From assembly GCA_031260885.1 (NCBI GenBank), contig JAISKP010000140.1, positions 1 to 63,426 of the forward strand: a stretch of 63,426 bases of DNA, given 5' to 3'. The stretch's first letter is position 1. Each line of letters opens with the position of its first letter. Shown piece by piece: positions 1 through 9,994 of the stretch. The position numbers and the translations under genes were made by a program. Origin of the DNA: Eubacteriales Family XIII. Incertae Sedis bacterium (lineage in GTDB: Bacteria; Bacillota; Clostridia; Peptostreptococcales; Anaerovoracaceae). The notes under the pieces were generated by a model. That model searched no databases. It was not told where the DNA came from and saw only the letters and a program-made list of their open reading frames with translations.

Positions 1-185
1 TTCTTGGAATAGATCGTGATGCCGCGCTCCCGTTCGATGTCGTCACTGTCCATGATGCAGTCAATGATGACTTCGTTTTCGCGGAATACGCCGCTCTGCG
101 TCAGCAAGGCATCAACCAAAGTTGACTTCCCCGCATCGACATGAGCGATCACGGCGATGTTGATGATTTTATTGCTTCTTGACAT
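1..185 (-). CDS. typA: Translational GTPase TypA/BipA, N-terminal part only (gene runs off the left edge)
   Basis: Reverse translation from ATG at 185-183 gives [34 protein letters not shown]...[10 protein letters not shown]. This is the AHxDxGKST G1 motif and a BipA-type N-terminus. It is too short to appear in the ORF track. Confidence 0.8.
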   Translation of the reverse strand, partial: MSRSNKIINIAVIAHVDAGKSTLVDALLTQSGVFRENEVIIDCIMDSDDIERERGITIYSK

Positions 186-424
186 AAGGTTCTCTTTCTT
201 TGTCTTCCGTCCGGGAAGTCGCTCAAAAAAACAGGGTTCAAAATCCCGTATCTGTGCAGTATACCGAATTCCGCCTCAAATAACAACCGGAAGCGCGTTG
301 CGAGTCAGGCGATGGCAATTTTCTTCGAATTGGAATAGAATATTGAAGTAGTCACAGAACTGTTTATGGAAACCTTATGATTTCCTTTGTTTGATTGCTT
401 TTCGCTGCGAAAGGAATTTTGATT

Positions 425-1756
425 ATGCGTTGTCCGAAATGCGGTTCTTATGTAAATGAAAATACCCGCTACTGCGCACACTGCGGTACGGACGTGTCTC
501 GGGCTGCCCGTCCGCTCGGCGCTACCGTAAATCATGCCACACATGATACCTACGGAAATCCCCTTCCTGCGTCGCCTTATGCAGGGGTGCCGAACGGCGG
601 ATCGGGTGCGCATGGCGGCGAACCGGCGGGCGGCGGATCGGTTTCCGGAAACGGCTTCGTGCGCAAATCGCCGCGTAAGCGTCTGCTGGTCGGCTGCCTG
701 GTTATTTTCATTGCGTTTTTTGTCGCAGTTGTGGCGATTGTCGGAATTAGTGCGTTCAATACCACCGGTAGCTCCGATCGGGATTCCGGCAGTGACAAGA
801 ACCTGTCTTATGCGGGCGACGGCTTTACGATTGAATACTACAATGACGAGTGGAAGGCGCGCGGCTATATGGGGCAGGATGCATTTTTCTATGTTCCGGA
901 TTATAGCGGTGCGACTGTTTATGAACATTCGTATCTCACCGTGGAAGCGGTGATTTCGGACAGCGGCTATGAAATGACGTTTGCAGATGAACGAGCAGCC
1001 GCCTTTGAGGAATATATGGCAAAATACGGCGAACAGCTCCTTTCCGATGGCTATATGCCCGATCTGTCAATGGGGGCTGAGGGGTTCGGAGAAGTCGTTC
1101 CCGAGGCTTTGATGTTTGTGAGCACAGCGCCGCGGGAGTCCGATTATCTGCACAATTCCGTATTTGTCGCCTCGCTGGATTTCTTCTCTGATGGTGAGAT
1201 CGCGGGAACGCTGTATCTCGTTGCGAATGGTCACGGAAGAGAGATCATCGTATTCCGACTCACCGCCGAGGATGAATGGGCTTTTTCCGAACTGTGGTAT
1301 CCGGTTCGCGCGCTGTTCACGTATCTGACGTTTTCAGAACAGTCTGCGCCGCCGATTCCCGATTTCGATCCGGACGCGTATGTGAACGCCTTTGCAGAAG
1401 CGCTGCAATCCAACGATCTGATTTCGAATAAGTTGGATCCGATTCCGGAGGTGCCGTACGGACTTGCCGTTTATCGCTTTGGGGATGCCGGGCGACTTAC
1501 CGTAAACCCGGATAGTCCCTCCGTACAGATCGTTTTTCTGAGAAATGCCGCGGATCCCATAGAAACCGCCAACCTAACCGCTGCCGCGCTGACGGCTGCC
1601 GGACTGCATGGCGAAAGACTTTCCCGCGCCATTGAACATCTCTATACGGCTGCCGCGCTTTCCGGAGAACCGCAGACGATCCTATCCGCCAGGCAAATTT
1701 TTACCTTCACCTATACGGAAGAGGGTTCCATACTGACGATCAGACCGGAATATTGA
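425..1756 (+). CDS. Zinc-ribbon membrane protein with a large extracytoplasmic domain of unknown family
   Basis: The protein opens with MRCPKCGSYVNENTRYCAHCG (CxxC...CxxC zinc ribbon). A Gly-rich linker, one TM (LLVGCLVIFIAFFVAVVAIVGI) and about 330 aa with no motif I recognise follow. ATG at 425 is preferred over the TTG at 395. Confidence 0.7.
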   Translation: MRCPKCGSYVNENTRYCAHCGTDVSRAARPLGATVNHATHDTYGNPLPASPYAGVPNGGSGAHGGEPAGGGSVSGNGFVRKSPRKRLLVGCLVIFIAFFVAVVAIVGISAFNTTGSSDRDSGSDKNLSYAGDGFTIEYYNDEWKARGYMGQDAFFYVPDYSGATVYEHSYLTVEAVISDSGYEMTFADERAAAFEEYMAKYGEQLLSDGYMPDLSMGAEGFGEVVPEALMFVSTAPRESDYLHNSVFVASLDFFSDGEIAGTLYLVANGHGREIIVFRLTAEDEWAFSELWYPVRALFTYLTFSEQSAPPIPDFDPDAYVNAFAEALQSNDLISNKLDPIPEVPYGLAVYRFGDAGRLTVNPDSPSVQIVFLRNAADPIETANLTAAALTAAGLHGERLSRAIEHLYTAAALSGEPQTILSARQIFTFTYTEEGSILTIRPEY

Positions 1757-1805
1757 TCTTTATTAGGATTTCATAACGCCGAGGGGAACCGGAGGGTTAG
1801 GTCTC

Positions 1806-2843
1806 TCAGCATATTCTGGGCAGTCCTTCACCGAACAGCATATCGATGCGCCGCGTTCCGCCGATCTTTGTCCGTATGGTCACGAAACCGTTCTGCCTGT
1901 TGTCCGACGTCAGATCGTCCGTCACGGATCCGATGATCCCGGCGTTTTTACCGATTTCGAAAGATCGCATCGCTTCGAGCGCACGCGCTGCGTCTTCAGC
2001 GGGCACGATCGCGATCATCTTACCTTCGTTTCCCATGTAAAGCGGATCCAGTCCCATCACACCGCAGAAGGCGCGAACTTCCGGATCTACGGGGATCAGT
2101 TCATCGGACAGCTCAATCCGTACCCCGGATGCGGCTGAAATCTCATTCAGCACCGTCGCAAGCCCGCCGCGTGTAACGTCACGCATCGTATGGATCCCTA
2201 CACCCGAGGCATAAAGCGCATCTACGATCTCCGATAATACCGCGCAGTCGCTCTTGATCCCATTCCCGATGCCCATGCGCGCCGACAGAATACAGGCGTG
2301 ATGATCTCCGAGGTTTCCGCTTACGATCACGGCATCCCCCGGCATTGCATGCGCCGCAGAGGGCGGCTCGTGTCCGTCAATCAATTTCCTTGACACGCCG
2401 ATTCCCGTCGTGTTGATAAAGAGACCGCCGCTGCCGCTGATCACCTTTGTGTCCCCGGCGACAACCTGTACGCCCGCGGCGCTTGCCGTCTTTGCCATGG
2501 ATGAGGCGATTTTGTCAAGCTGCACGGTCTCCAGTCCTTCTTCAAGGATAAATCCACAGGTCAGATATTTCGGATGCGCGCCCATCATGAGCACGTCGTT
2601 GACCGTTCCGCATACGGAGAGTTTGCCGATGTCGCCACCCGCGAATTCAATCGGGGTCACGACAAAAGAATCCGTGCTGACAACGACCGCGCCCGCATCG
2701 TCCGCAGACGAAAACGCCAGCACAGCACCGTCCTCCAATCTGTCCAAAATGGGGTTTGAAAAATACCTTCCGAAGATATCCCGCATAAGCACTGCTGAAT
2801 CGCGACCGCCGCTTCCGTGCGCCAATGTAATCTTACTTTGCAT
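1806..2843 (-). CDS. hypE: Hydrogenase maturation protein HypE (carbamoyl dehydratase)
   Basis: PurM-like fold motifs are present: KITLAHGSGG, GDTKV...FINTTGIG, RDVTRGGLATVLNE and GLDPLYMGNEGK. The C-terminus is the diagnostic LPRIC. Start is set at MQSKITLAHGSGG (2843); the track's GVG-type start at 2888 is GTG and adds 15 non-conserved residues. Confidence 0.85.
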   Translation of the reverse strand: MQSKITLAHGSGGRDSAVLMRDIFGRYFSNPILDRLEDGAVLAFSSADDAGAVVVSTDSFVVTPIEFAGGDIGKLSVCGTVNDVLMMGAHPKYLTCGFILEEGLETVQLDKIASSMAKTASAAGVQVVAGDTKVISGSGGLFINTTGIGVSRKLIDGHEPPSAAHAMPGDAVIVSGNLGDHHACILSARMGIGNGIKSDCAVLSEIVDALYASGVGIHTMRDVTRGGLATVLNEISAASGVRIELSDELIPVDPEVRAFCGVMGLDPLYMGNEGKMIAIVPAEDAARALEAMRSFEIGKNAGIIGSVTDDLTSDNRQNGFVTIRTKIGGTRRIDMLFGEGLPRIC

Positions 2844-2980
2844 ACTGAAATTCAAACATGCCGCCGGAAAAATGTCAAAGGTTTTCACCGAAAAATATCG
2901 AACCGCTGTCCATTCATGCTATTATATGAATTGAAGTCAATGGTTTCTATGCAGGATCAGTCCGTGAGGCACGAAAACAA

Positions 2981-3463
2981 ATGCGCATTGCACCGACAGA
3001 AAAACTAAACAAGAGAGTCGTCCATGCCTGGCGGTTTACCGCATTGATCATCTCTCTGATCGTCAGCATCTTTTGCGCGATCCCCTTCGTCGTTCTTTTT
3101 ATGCTGGATGTCTTCACCGCCGGATATCTGCTGATGCCCGCGGGGTTGTTTGCGCTTCTGTTCATCGTCTTCGTGATCATCCTACCGCAGATTCGTTACA
3201 CCCGTTTTCGCTATTATATCAGCGATGATGAGATCTCTATCAAAAAAGGCATCCTTGTCATCACCTACACGGTCGTTCCGATGATCAAGATACAGTACAC
3301 CGATACGAAGCACGGTCCGGTCATGCGTACGCTGCGGCTCGCCGCCGTGAACATCATGACCGCGGGCGGCACCGTGGAAATCCCGGGGTTGCCGTTTGCC
3401 GATGCGGAAGCGATGCGCGACCGAATCACCGAACTCGTCAAGACCGTGAAAGAAAATGTCTGA
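2981..3463 (+). CDS. YdbS-like membrane protein with a bacterial PH (bPH_2) domain
   Basis: Two N-terminal TM helices are followed by YYISDDEISIKKGILVITYTVVPMIKIQYTD...GTVEIPGL, the typical bPH_2 signature. It overlaps the next gene by 8 nt. Confidence 0.7.
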   Translation: MRIAPTEKLNKRVVHAWRFTALIISLIVSIFCAIPFVVLFMLDVFTAGYLLMPAGLFALLFIVFVIILPQIRYTRFRYYISDDEISIKKGILVITYTVVPMIKIQYTDTKHGPVMRTLRLAAVNIMTAGGTVEIPGLPFADAEAMRDRITELVKTVKENV

Positions 3464-5111
3464 GTATTTACGGGAGCCGATCGATATTTCACAGCCGCAG
3501 CGTGTCAGCAACGCTTACATCGGCGTCTTTCTGATTCGCAATCTGCGCGCATGGATTATCGTTTTTTTGATCTATGCGGCGGGTCCGATCCTTCAGGGAG
3601 ACAACTCGGCATATGCGATCGTGCCCATCGGTCCATATCCTATCCGGATCATAAGTATCATGCTTGTCGCCATCACCCTGATCGTGCTCCTAACGCTGCT
3701 CTTTTCCTTCCTGAGCTACCGCCGCATCCGGTGGCAGGTTTCCGGCGGCGAGGTTCATATTAAAAAAGGCATCCTGCGCCGCGTAGACAAGCGGATCCCC
3801 ATCGCAAAGATTCAGTCGGTAGACATTTCGGAGTCCCTGACCGAACGCATCTTTAAAGTTGCAACCGTCAAGATCGATACGGCGGGCGGAGAGGGCGACG
3901 ACGGCAAGATCCCCTGCATCCGCAAGGATGTCTCAAGTTACATGCGCGACCGCATCTTTGCAATCAAAAACGCAGAAGCAGAACCGACACAGAACCCGGC
4001 ACCGGACGGTCTGTCTGCGGCGTGCAGCGTACCGCAGATGCATGCGCAGGCGATGAACACAGGCACCGCGCAGGTGTTGCTTCCGAATGTCGTATACCGC
4101 ATGCCGCTGAAAAATCTGATCCTCACGGGACTGTCGAACAGCAAAGCGCTCCTTATCGCACTGATCATTCTGGGCGGACTCTCACAGTTTGCAGACATCT
4201 TTTTCAAGACCGTCGCTTACGAGAGCGCCTATACTTTTCTTTCTACCATCGCGATCCCCGGTCTCATCGCAATCGTCGTTGCGTTCTTTTTCGCAAGTTG
4301 GTTTATTTCGGTCCTCGGCGTCCTCATTTCAAACTTCGGATTCACCGTCAGAAACGAGGCAAGTAAGATCGAAATCGAACGCGGTCTGATCGACCATAAA
4401 ACCATCAGCATTGAAAAAAACCGCATTCAGGAAGTGCGGATATCACAGGGACTGATCCGGCGAATCATCGGCTATGCGGAGATTTCCGTGACGACGGCAA
4501 CGCTGAAAGTACAGGCACAGAGCGGCGGTAAAGGCGCAAACGAGGGGGTGCTCGGGCTCACGGTACTCCATCCTTTTATCTCGATGAATGAAGTCGATTT
4601 TTTCCTTAAAACGGTTCTTCCTGATTTTGATGGCAGACCAAGGGAATTTAATGCGTTGCCGCGCCGCGCTGATTTCCGGTCGATTCGCAGGTACGTTCTG
4701 TGGATGTTCCCGTTCGTGCTCATCGCATGGCTGAGCATTTCCTTCATCTTCTCCGCGATCACAGGTACGCACGTCGTAAATTATGTCTCAGAACATCTGC
4801 TGCTCATCATCCTGACAAGCCTTCCCGTTTTGATCTTTATGGGCATCACGGGACATCTGAGCTACCGGGGCAAGGGCGTCTCGGTCAATGATCGGTTTCT
4901 CTCCGTCCGCACGGGTGCGTGGGGCAGAAAGTATTCCTTTGTGCCGAGGCGCAAGATCCAGACCGCGCGCATTTCCGTCAACCCATTTCAAGCCCACGCC
5001 CGATTGGCGACCCTTGCAGGAACGACCGGTGCACATGCATTTCCATCCCTGCGCGATGTTGATTTTGAATACGGCGCACAGTATCTTGAATGGAGCGTCC
5101 TGAAGACTTAA
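3456..5111 (+). CDS. YdbT-like membrane protein with three bPH_2 repeats
   Basis: Three repeats of TM pairs plus the (E/R)IxIxxGLxxxxxxxIPxxxIQ pattern occur (HIKKGILRRVDKRIPIAKIQSVD, IERGLIDHKTISIEKNRIQEV, SVRTGAWGRKYSFVPRRKIQTARI). It is paired with the upstream ydbS-like gene. Confidence 0.7.
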   Translation: MSEYLREPIDISQPQRVSNAYIGVFLIRNLRAWIIVFLIYAAGPILQGDNSAYAIVPIGPYPIRIISIMLVAITLIVLLTLLFSFLSYRRIRWQVSGGEVHIKKGILRRVDKRIPIAKIQSVDISESLTERIFKVATVKIDTAGGEGDDGKIPCIRKDVSSYMRDRIFAIKNAEAEPTQNPAPDGLSAACSVPQMHAQAMNTGTAQVLLPNVVYRMPLKNLILTGLSNSKALLIALIILGGLSQFADIFFKTVAYESAYTFLSTIAIPGLIAIVVAFFFASWFISVLGVLISNFGFTVRNEASKIEIERGLIDHKTISIEKNRIQEVRISQGLIRRIIGYAEISVTTATLKVQAQSGGKGANEGVLGLTVLHPFISMNEVDFFLKTVLPDFDGRPREFNALPRRADFRSIRRYVLWMFPFVLIAWLSISFIFSAITGTHVVNYVSEHLLLIILTSLPVLIFMGITGHLSYRGKGVSVNDRFLSVRTGAWGRKYSFVPRRKIQTARISVNPFQAHARLATLAGTTGAHAFPSLRDVDFEYGAQYLEWSVLKT

Positions 5112-6295
5112 AGCGTCGCGGTATAGTCCGTGTCAAAGGTCACGGCGATTTCGTATTTCGGATCGAGTGCTTTTATGTTCTCTTCCAGGAAGTTCAGGAG
5201 CTTCTCTTCCCGCTCCGTTTTGTTCTCCGCGCCCTTTAGGGCGAGCACCACATCGAAGATGACATTGATCCGGTGTTCGCCGCGTACGATGCGCAAATCG
5301 TGCATTCCGACGACATTTTCTGTGTCAATCAAAAGCCGCGTAATCTTTTCTCTGAGCTCATAGACGAGCGGATCTTTTGTGTCGATCGGATCCATGTGCC
5401 CGACAAGTTCTATTTTCAGTTTCCGCATCGCTTCTCTTTCGATATCATCGATGACTTCATGACTTTTCAGCACATCCTCTGCTGCATCCACTTCAATATG
5501 TACGGAAGCAAAGAGTCGCCCGGGACCATAATCGTGTACAACGAGATCGTGCATGCCCATGACGCCGTCCTTCTCGCGGATCAATGTTGCAATCCGGTTT
5601 ACAAGATCGGGGTCGGGTGCCTGCCCGAGCAGCGGACGCGAGGTCTCCCGGATCAGCATGACGCCGGAATACATGATGAACAGCGCGACGACCACACCCG
5701 TATACCCGTCGATGTTGATGCCGGTAAAATACCCGAAGACAAGCGACGCGAGGACGACTGAAGTTGTGATCACATCGTTGCGGCTATCTACGCCGATCGC
5801 GCGCAGCGCGCCCGAATGAATCCGCTTTGCGAGCGAAAAATTGAAAACGGTCTGCCAGATCTTGGCTCCGATTGCGACGAGCAGAAATACCGCCGTCAGG
5901 ACGCTGAACGCGATCGGTTCAGGATGAATCGCTTTCTCATAGGAACTGCTGAACAGTTTGAACCCCAACAGGATGATCAGTGCCGCGATCACGATGCCGG
6001 TCATATACTCGATGCGAGCATGTCCGTAAGGATGATCCGCATCTTTTTCCTTTGCGGCCATCTTGAAGCCGACCAGCGTGATCAGCGAAGAAACGGCATC
6101 CGACAGGTTGTTGAACGCATCGGCAATGACAGCGATGCTGCCCGAGAAAAACCCGATCAAGCCCTTCATGAGTGCAAGAATGATGTTCGTGATCAGACCT
6201 GTGACGCCGGCAAGCTTTCCATAGGCTTCGCGCACTTCAGGCGCAGCTGCGTCCCCATCGTTCTTTATAAATTTTTTCAGTAAAAATTTTGTCAT
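5108..6295 (-). CDS. Cation diffusion facilitator (CDF) family divalent-metal efflux transporter
   Basis: Six TM helices include SIAVIADAFNNLSDAVSS and HPYGHARIEY motifs. A C-terminal cytoplasmic domain (VHDYGPGRLFASVHIEV) follows. Confidence 0.85.
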   Translation of the reverse strand: MTKFLLKKFIKNDGDAAAPEVREAYGKLAGVTGLITNIILALMKGLIGFFSGSIAVIADAFNNLSDAVSSLITLVGFKMAAKEKDADHPYGHARIEYMTGIVIAALIILLGFKLFSSSYEKAIHPEPIAFSVLTAVFLLVAIGAKIWQTVFNFSLAKRIHSGALRAIGVDSRNDVITTSVVLASLVFGYFTGINIDGYTGVVVALFIMYSGVMLIRETSRPLLGQAPDPDLVNRIATLIREKDGVMGMHDLVVHDYGPGRLFASVHIEVDAAEDVLKSHEVIDDIEREAMRKLKIELVGHMDPIDTKDPLVYELREKITRLLIDTENVVGMHDLRIVRGEHRINVIFDVVLALKGAENKTEREEKLLNFLEENIKALDPKYEIAVTFDTDYTATL

Positions 6296-6425
6296 GTCTA
6301 AAGTATACCCTAAAAACGACTTGCCTGTATCGTTTCCGACCGAAAAACGCTGCTTCGACAGACCGCTATCGCACAGTCAAAGAGCGGTCTGTGCAGAGCG
6401 ACCGCACCGCGTGTTTTATAAAAGG

Positions 6426-7160
6426 TTATAATCCGTATTTGATCTTTATACGCCGGATCTTTGCGCCCCAAGGGGCAACGGTAAGCACAAGGAAGAGCGC
6501 GGTTGCCGTGATGTGGGAGATTCCAAGCACGAATCCCGCCCCATAGGCCGAAAGGGCGACTGCCGGTGTTGCGTCCTTCAGGAAGGTAACGATGAACCAT
6601 GTATCCATAAACAGGTTGTACAGCAGGGATGCAAGAACGCCGTATACATAAACGAGGACTCTTCTGCGGCTCGTCTTATCATATCCGCCCTTTCCGAAAA
6701 ATCCGTTTTCTGATAGCACGCCCGCGATATAGCCCATGAAACCCCACGCGTACATCTGCAGCGGCGTCCATAGACCCTGTCCGAGGATCATGTTGGAAAC
6801 CAATGCGGTGAAAGCGCCCATCAGGTATCCATTTTGACGCCCGAAGAAAACGCCCGTAAAGATGACCAGCGCCGACACCGGTTGAAAGTTTGGAATCGGA
6901 ACAAGCGCCAATCTTCCCACGACGGCCACCGCCGAGAGCACCACGATCGGCATGATCTCTCCCGGTTTCGGTCTTTTGAGTTCATAGCGCAGAAAAAACG
7001 GCAGACAGGATAGGATGGCAGCAAACAGCGTAATCGCGGCGGAGCTTTCCGCCTTTGTGACCGCACAGTAAGCGAGCACGACAAATACGAACACGAGCAT
7101 GATCGGTTCCGAGATTTTCAGAACGCTGTTCAGTATCCGATTCCCCGAACTGCTACGCAT
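6426..7160 (-). CDS. Putative ECF transporter substrate-specific (S) component
   Basis: This is a polytopic membrane protein immediately downstream of, and overlapping by 8 nt, the ECF ATPase gene. Start is chosen at MRSSSGN (7160) rather than 7202. The substrate cannot be inferred from sequence. Confidence 0.6.
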   Translation of the reverse strand: MRSSSGNRILNSVLKISEPIMLVFVFVVLAYCAVTKAESSAAITLFAAILSCLPFFLRYELKRPKPGEIMPIVVLSAVAVVGRLALVPIPNFQPVSALVIFTGVFFGRQNGYLMGAFTALVSNMILGQGLWTPLQMYAWGFMGYIAGVLSENGFFGKGGYDKTSRRRVLVYVYGVLASLLYNLFMDTWFIVTFLKDATPAVALSAYGAGFVLGISHITATALFLVLTVAPWGAKIRRIKIKYGL

Positions 7161-8871
7161 CTTCTCTGCACCCGATATCCGACGCGAGAATGCATCCGTC
7201 AAGAATTCCCCTTGACATACGGCTCACGCTCGTCGTATAGAACATGTTGTTTTCAAAAAATGCCCTGCCGCTGTCTGTCGCGATGACGGCACTGCCGAAG
7301 ATCATCGAACATCTATCGGCGTACTGTGCGGTAAACTCCAGATCGTGCGTAACCATCGCGATGGTCACACCTTCTTCCTTGAGCCGCATGAGAATCTCCG
7401 CGATCTCCCGTTTGGAAAAGGCATCCAAGCCTTTCGTCGGCTCGTCGAGCAGCAAAATGTCCGGGCGGAGCAAAAGCACTTTTGCAAGCGCTGCCTTTTG
7501 CATTTCCCCCGCCGAAAGGTCATAGGGGTGCCTGTCGAGCAGATCGGACAGACCCAGTTTTTCAGCCATATCGCGCGTTGCTTCCGGGGTGGCAATCCTT
7601 TCGGTTTTTGTTTCGCCTGCTTTTCGTTCCTTGGCGTTTTGTTGTCCCGTATTTAGATGTTCGGACAGTTCCGCGCGCAGCGTATCGCTGACAAAAAGTG
7701 ACTTCGGATCCTGAAACAGCATGCCGACCCGCTTCCCGGGAGCGATCACCACCTTACCACGCTGCGGTTTTAAGATGCCGCTGATGACTTTGAGCATCGT
7801 GCTTTTGCCGCTTCCGTTGCTACCGACATACGCATGCAGTGTACCTTCATCGATTTTCGTTTCGAGTCCTTTCAGCACGAAGGCCTCGTCCTTTCCATAA
7901 CGAAACCATACGTCCTTCAGCGAGATGACCGGCGCAGGATGCAGTACATTGCCTGTTTCTGCCGGCGGAGAATAAGTGCAGTAGAATCGGGGAATTTTTG
8001 CGTTCTCCGTATTTGCTTTTTGCCCGCTCGTGTCTTCCTGCGTCATCCCGGCGGCGAGCCACTTTCGCCCCTCCCGTACATTGAGCGGATGATTTTTCGA
8101 AATCGGATACTGAAGCGAAAGCCGCGTCGGAGCAGGGAGTGCCTCGGCATAGATGCGTCCTTCTTCTCCGTTTTCTGCGAGGAACATCGGAAATTCCCGG
8201 TTCGTTCCATAGTAGCGCACGTTGCCCTTTTCGAGATAAAGCACTTTATCCGTGTCCGAAAGCAACTCTTCCAGCCTATGCTCTGAGATGAGAATCGTTT
8301 TTCCCAGTTCTTTTCCGACCTTCTTCAGCACGTGCAGAAATTCCTCTGCGGCGATCGGATCGAGCTGTGCCGTCGGTTCATCCAGAATGATGATTTCCGC
8401 CTGCATGGCGATGACGGAGGCAAGACAGAGAATCTGTTTTTGTCCTCCTGAAAGCTCAAATACATTTTTTCCGAACCATTTTTCAATGCCGAAAAAGGCG
8501 GCAATTTCACCGATGCGTCGGCCGATCTCCTCCGGGGGAACCGCAAGATTTTCAAGACCGAACGCGAGCTCGAGCCAGACAGAATCCATCACAAGCTGAT
8601 TGTCCGGATCCTGCATGACGAAGCCTACGGTCTCCGCAGATTCCCGCAATGTAAATTTTTTCTTTCCGTTTATGATGATCTCCCCCCCGGAAATACCGAC
8701 AGGGGCGATCTCTCGTTTTAAGCTGCGCAACAACGTCGTCTTTCCGCTACCCGATCTGCCGCATACGAGCACAAAGTCCCCGGCATCAATGTCAAGTGAA
8801 ATACCTGACAACACGTTTTGTTCACAACCGGCATATGAAAAACCATAATTTTGAATTTCGATCAGCGCCAT
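7153..8871 (-). CDS. ECF/ABC transporter ATP-binding protein with duplicated ATPase domains (EcfA1-EcfA2 fusion type)
   Basis: There are two Walker A sites (GRSGSGKTT, GSNGSGKST), two ABC signatures (LSGGQKQ, LSAGEMQ) and two Walker B sites (IIILDEPT, ILLLDEPT). Confidence 0.9.
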   Translation of the reverse strand: MALIEIQNYGFSYAGCEQNVLSGISLDIDAGDFVLVCGRSGSGKTTLLRSLKREIAPVGISGGEIIINGKKKFTLRESAETVGFVMQDPDNQLVMDSVWLELAFGLENLAVPPEEIGRRIGEIAAFFGIEKWFGKNVFELSGGQKQILCLASVIAMQAEIIILDEPTAQLDPIAAEEFLHVLKKVGKELGKTILISEHRLEELLSDTDKVLYLEKGNVRYYGTNREFPMFLAENGEEGRIYAEALPAPTRLSLQYPISKNHPLNVREGRKWLAAGMTQEDTSGQKANTENAKIPRFYCTYSPPAETGNVLHPAPVISLKDVWFRYGKDEAFVLKGLETKIDEGTLHAYVGSNGSGKSTMLKVISGILKPQRGKVVIAPGKRVGMLFQDPKSLFVSDTLRAELSEHLNTGQQNAKERKAGETKTERIATPEATRDMAEKLGLSDLLDRHPYDLSAGEMQKAALAKVLLLRPDILLLDEPTKGLDAFSKREIAEILMRLKEEGVTIAMVTHDLEFTAQYADRCSMIFGSAVIATDSGRAFFENNMFYTTSVSRMSRGILDGCILASDIGCREDA

Positions 8872-9785
8872 CTTAACAGATACCTCAATTCAAGAATAAA
8901 CGGATAAAGCAGCATTGCCGCATAAGCGGCATACCCTGCCGCATAGAGGTATGCCGGCGGTGAAAGATCCGGGATGTTCAGAAGACCCGGCATCTGTCCT
9001 CCGGTCTGCGCGCCGAAGAATCCACCCGCTGTCGGAAAGAATGTAAACGTTTTTCCGAGGATCAAAATGCCGAAAAGGCTTAAGATCAACAGCACGCTGA
9101 GCAGCAGGATCGAAGCCGCATCTGCCGGTTTTATTTTATACGCCTTAAACACCGTTCTTTTCCCAGAACCATATCCGCGCGCGCGCATGGAATCCGCCGT
9201 GTCAATGCTGTCCTCCATGCATCTGCTCATGAGGATACCGGAAATCTTTGCGCCATTTTTGACGCCGGCATCTGCACCCAAAGCCTTTCGGGCGTCTGCC
9301 GTTTCATGAAGCTTCCGTCCTGTGACGGGAACGAGGCGGAGAATCATCGATACGACCATCGCCAAGGTCGGTGCAATCCGCCCGAACAGGTACATAAACT
9401 TATCAGCGGTAATCAGTCTTTGATAACACTGGAACCAAACGAACATACACACAAACATCCCGCCGGTACAGACGCCGTAAAGCAGTGCTTCTCCCGTAAA
9501 CTTTTCACCGAAGAGATAAAACAGCACTGTTCTGCCCCGGTGATTTGTAATCGGGGTGACCGCAGCAATGATAAAGAACATCATCAAAAGCCACCGAAGC
9601 CCGAACCAGTATTTCTTCCATCCGTTCAGATAGATGGAATAGAAACTGCCGATCACAAAGGAGATCGCTACGTAAAGCGGCTGGAGCGTGAGCATCGTAC
9701 ATGCGACAGCAGCGGCGATGTACAGGAATACCGCTGCGGGATGATAATGCGGAAATATTTGACTGAAGTTTTTATTTGCATTCAT
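8862..9785 (-). CDS. ecfT: ECF transporter transmembrane (T) component, CbiQ/EcfT family
   Basis: A polytopic membrane protein with the conserved ARGY...GKR region (ADSMRARGYGSGKRT) typical of EcfT. It overlaps the ATPase gene by 10 nt. Start is set at MNANKNF (9785); the longer ORF to 9980 lacks coding character. Confidence 0.75.
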   Translation of the reverse strand: MNANKNFSQIFPHYHPAAVFLYIAAAVACTMLTLQPLYVAISFVIGSFYSIYLNGWKKYWFGLRWLLMMFFIIAAVTPITNHRGRTVLFYLFGEKFTGEALLYGVCTGGMFVCMFVWFQCYQRLITADKFMYLFGRIAPTLAMVVSMILRLVPVTGRKLHETADARKALGADAGVKNGAKISGILMSRCMEDSIDTADSMRARGYGSGKRTVFKAYKIKPADAASILLLSVLLILSLFGILILGKTFTFFPTAGGFFGAQTGGQMPGLLNIPDLSPPAYLYAAGYAAYAAMLLYPFILELRYLLRWR

Positions 9786-9994
9786 TTTGCGACCGTCTTT
9801 ATGTATTACGTGATTTGTGCGCGGCGCTTTTGTAAAACACACTGTGCCGCCGCCCTTTATCACGCATGCCAGCGTTGTGACTTTCATGTTAACAAAAATA
9901 GCCCTCAAATACAAACGAACCCCTTGATTTATCGTCCACATTACAGTAACCTGATGTAAACGGAATGGTTGGATTACCAACAGAAAGGGATCCT

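Noticed and set aside
5108-5111. ydbT-like and CDF genes converge with overlapping stop codons on a TTAA palindrome.
   Set aside because: This is a real but trivial consequence of tight convergent packing. No further signal was seen.
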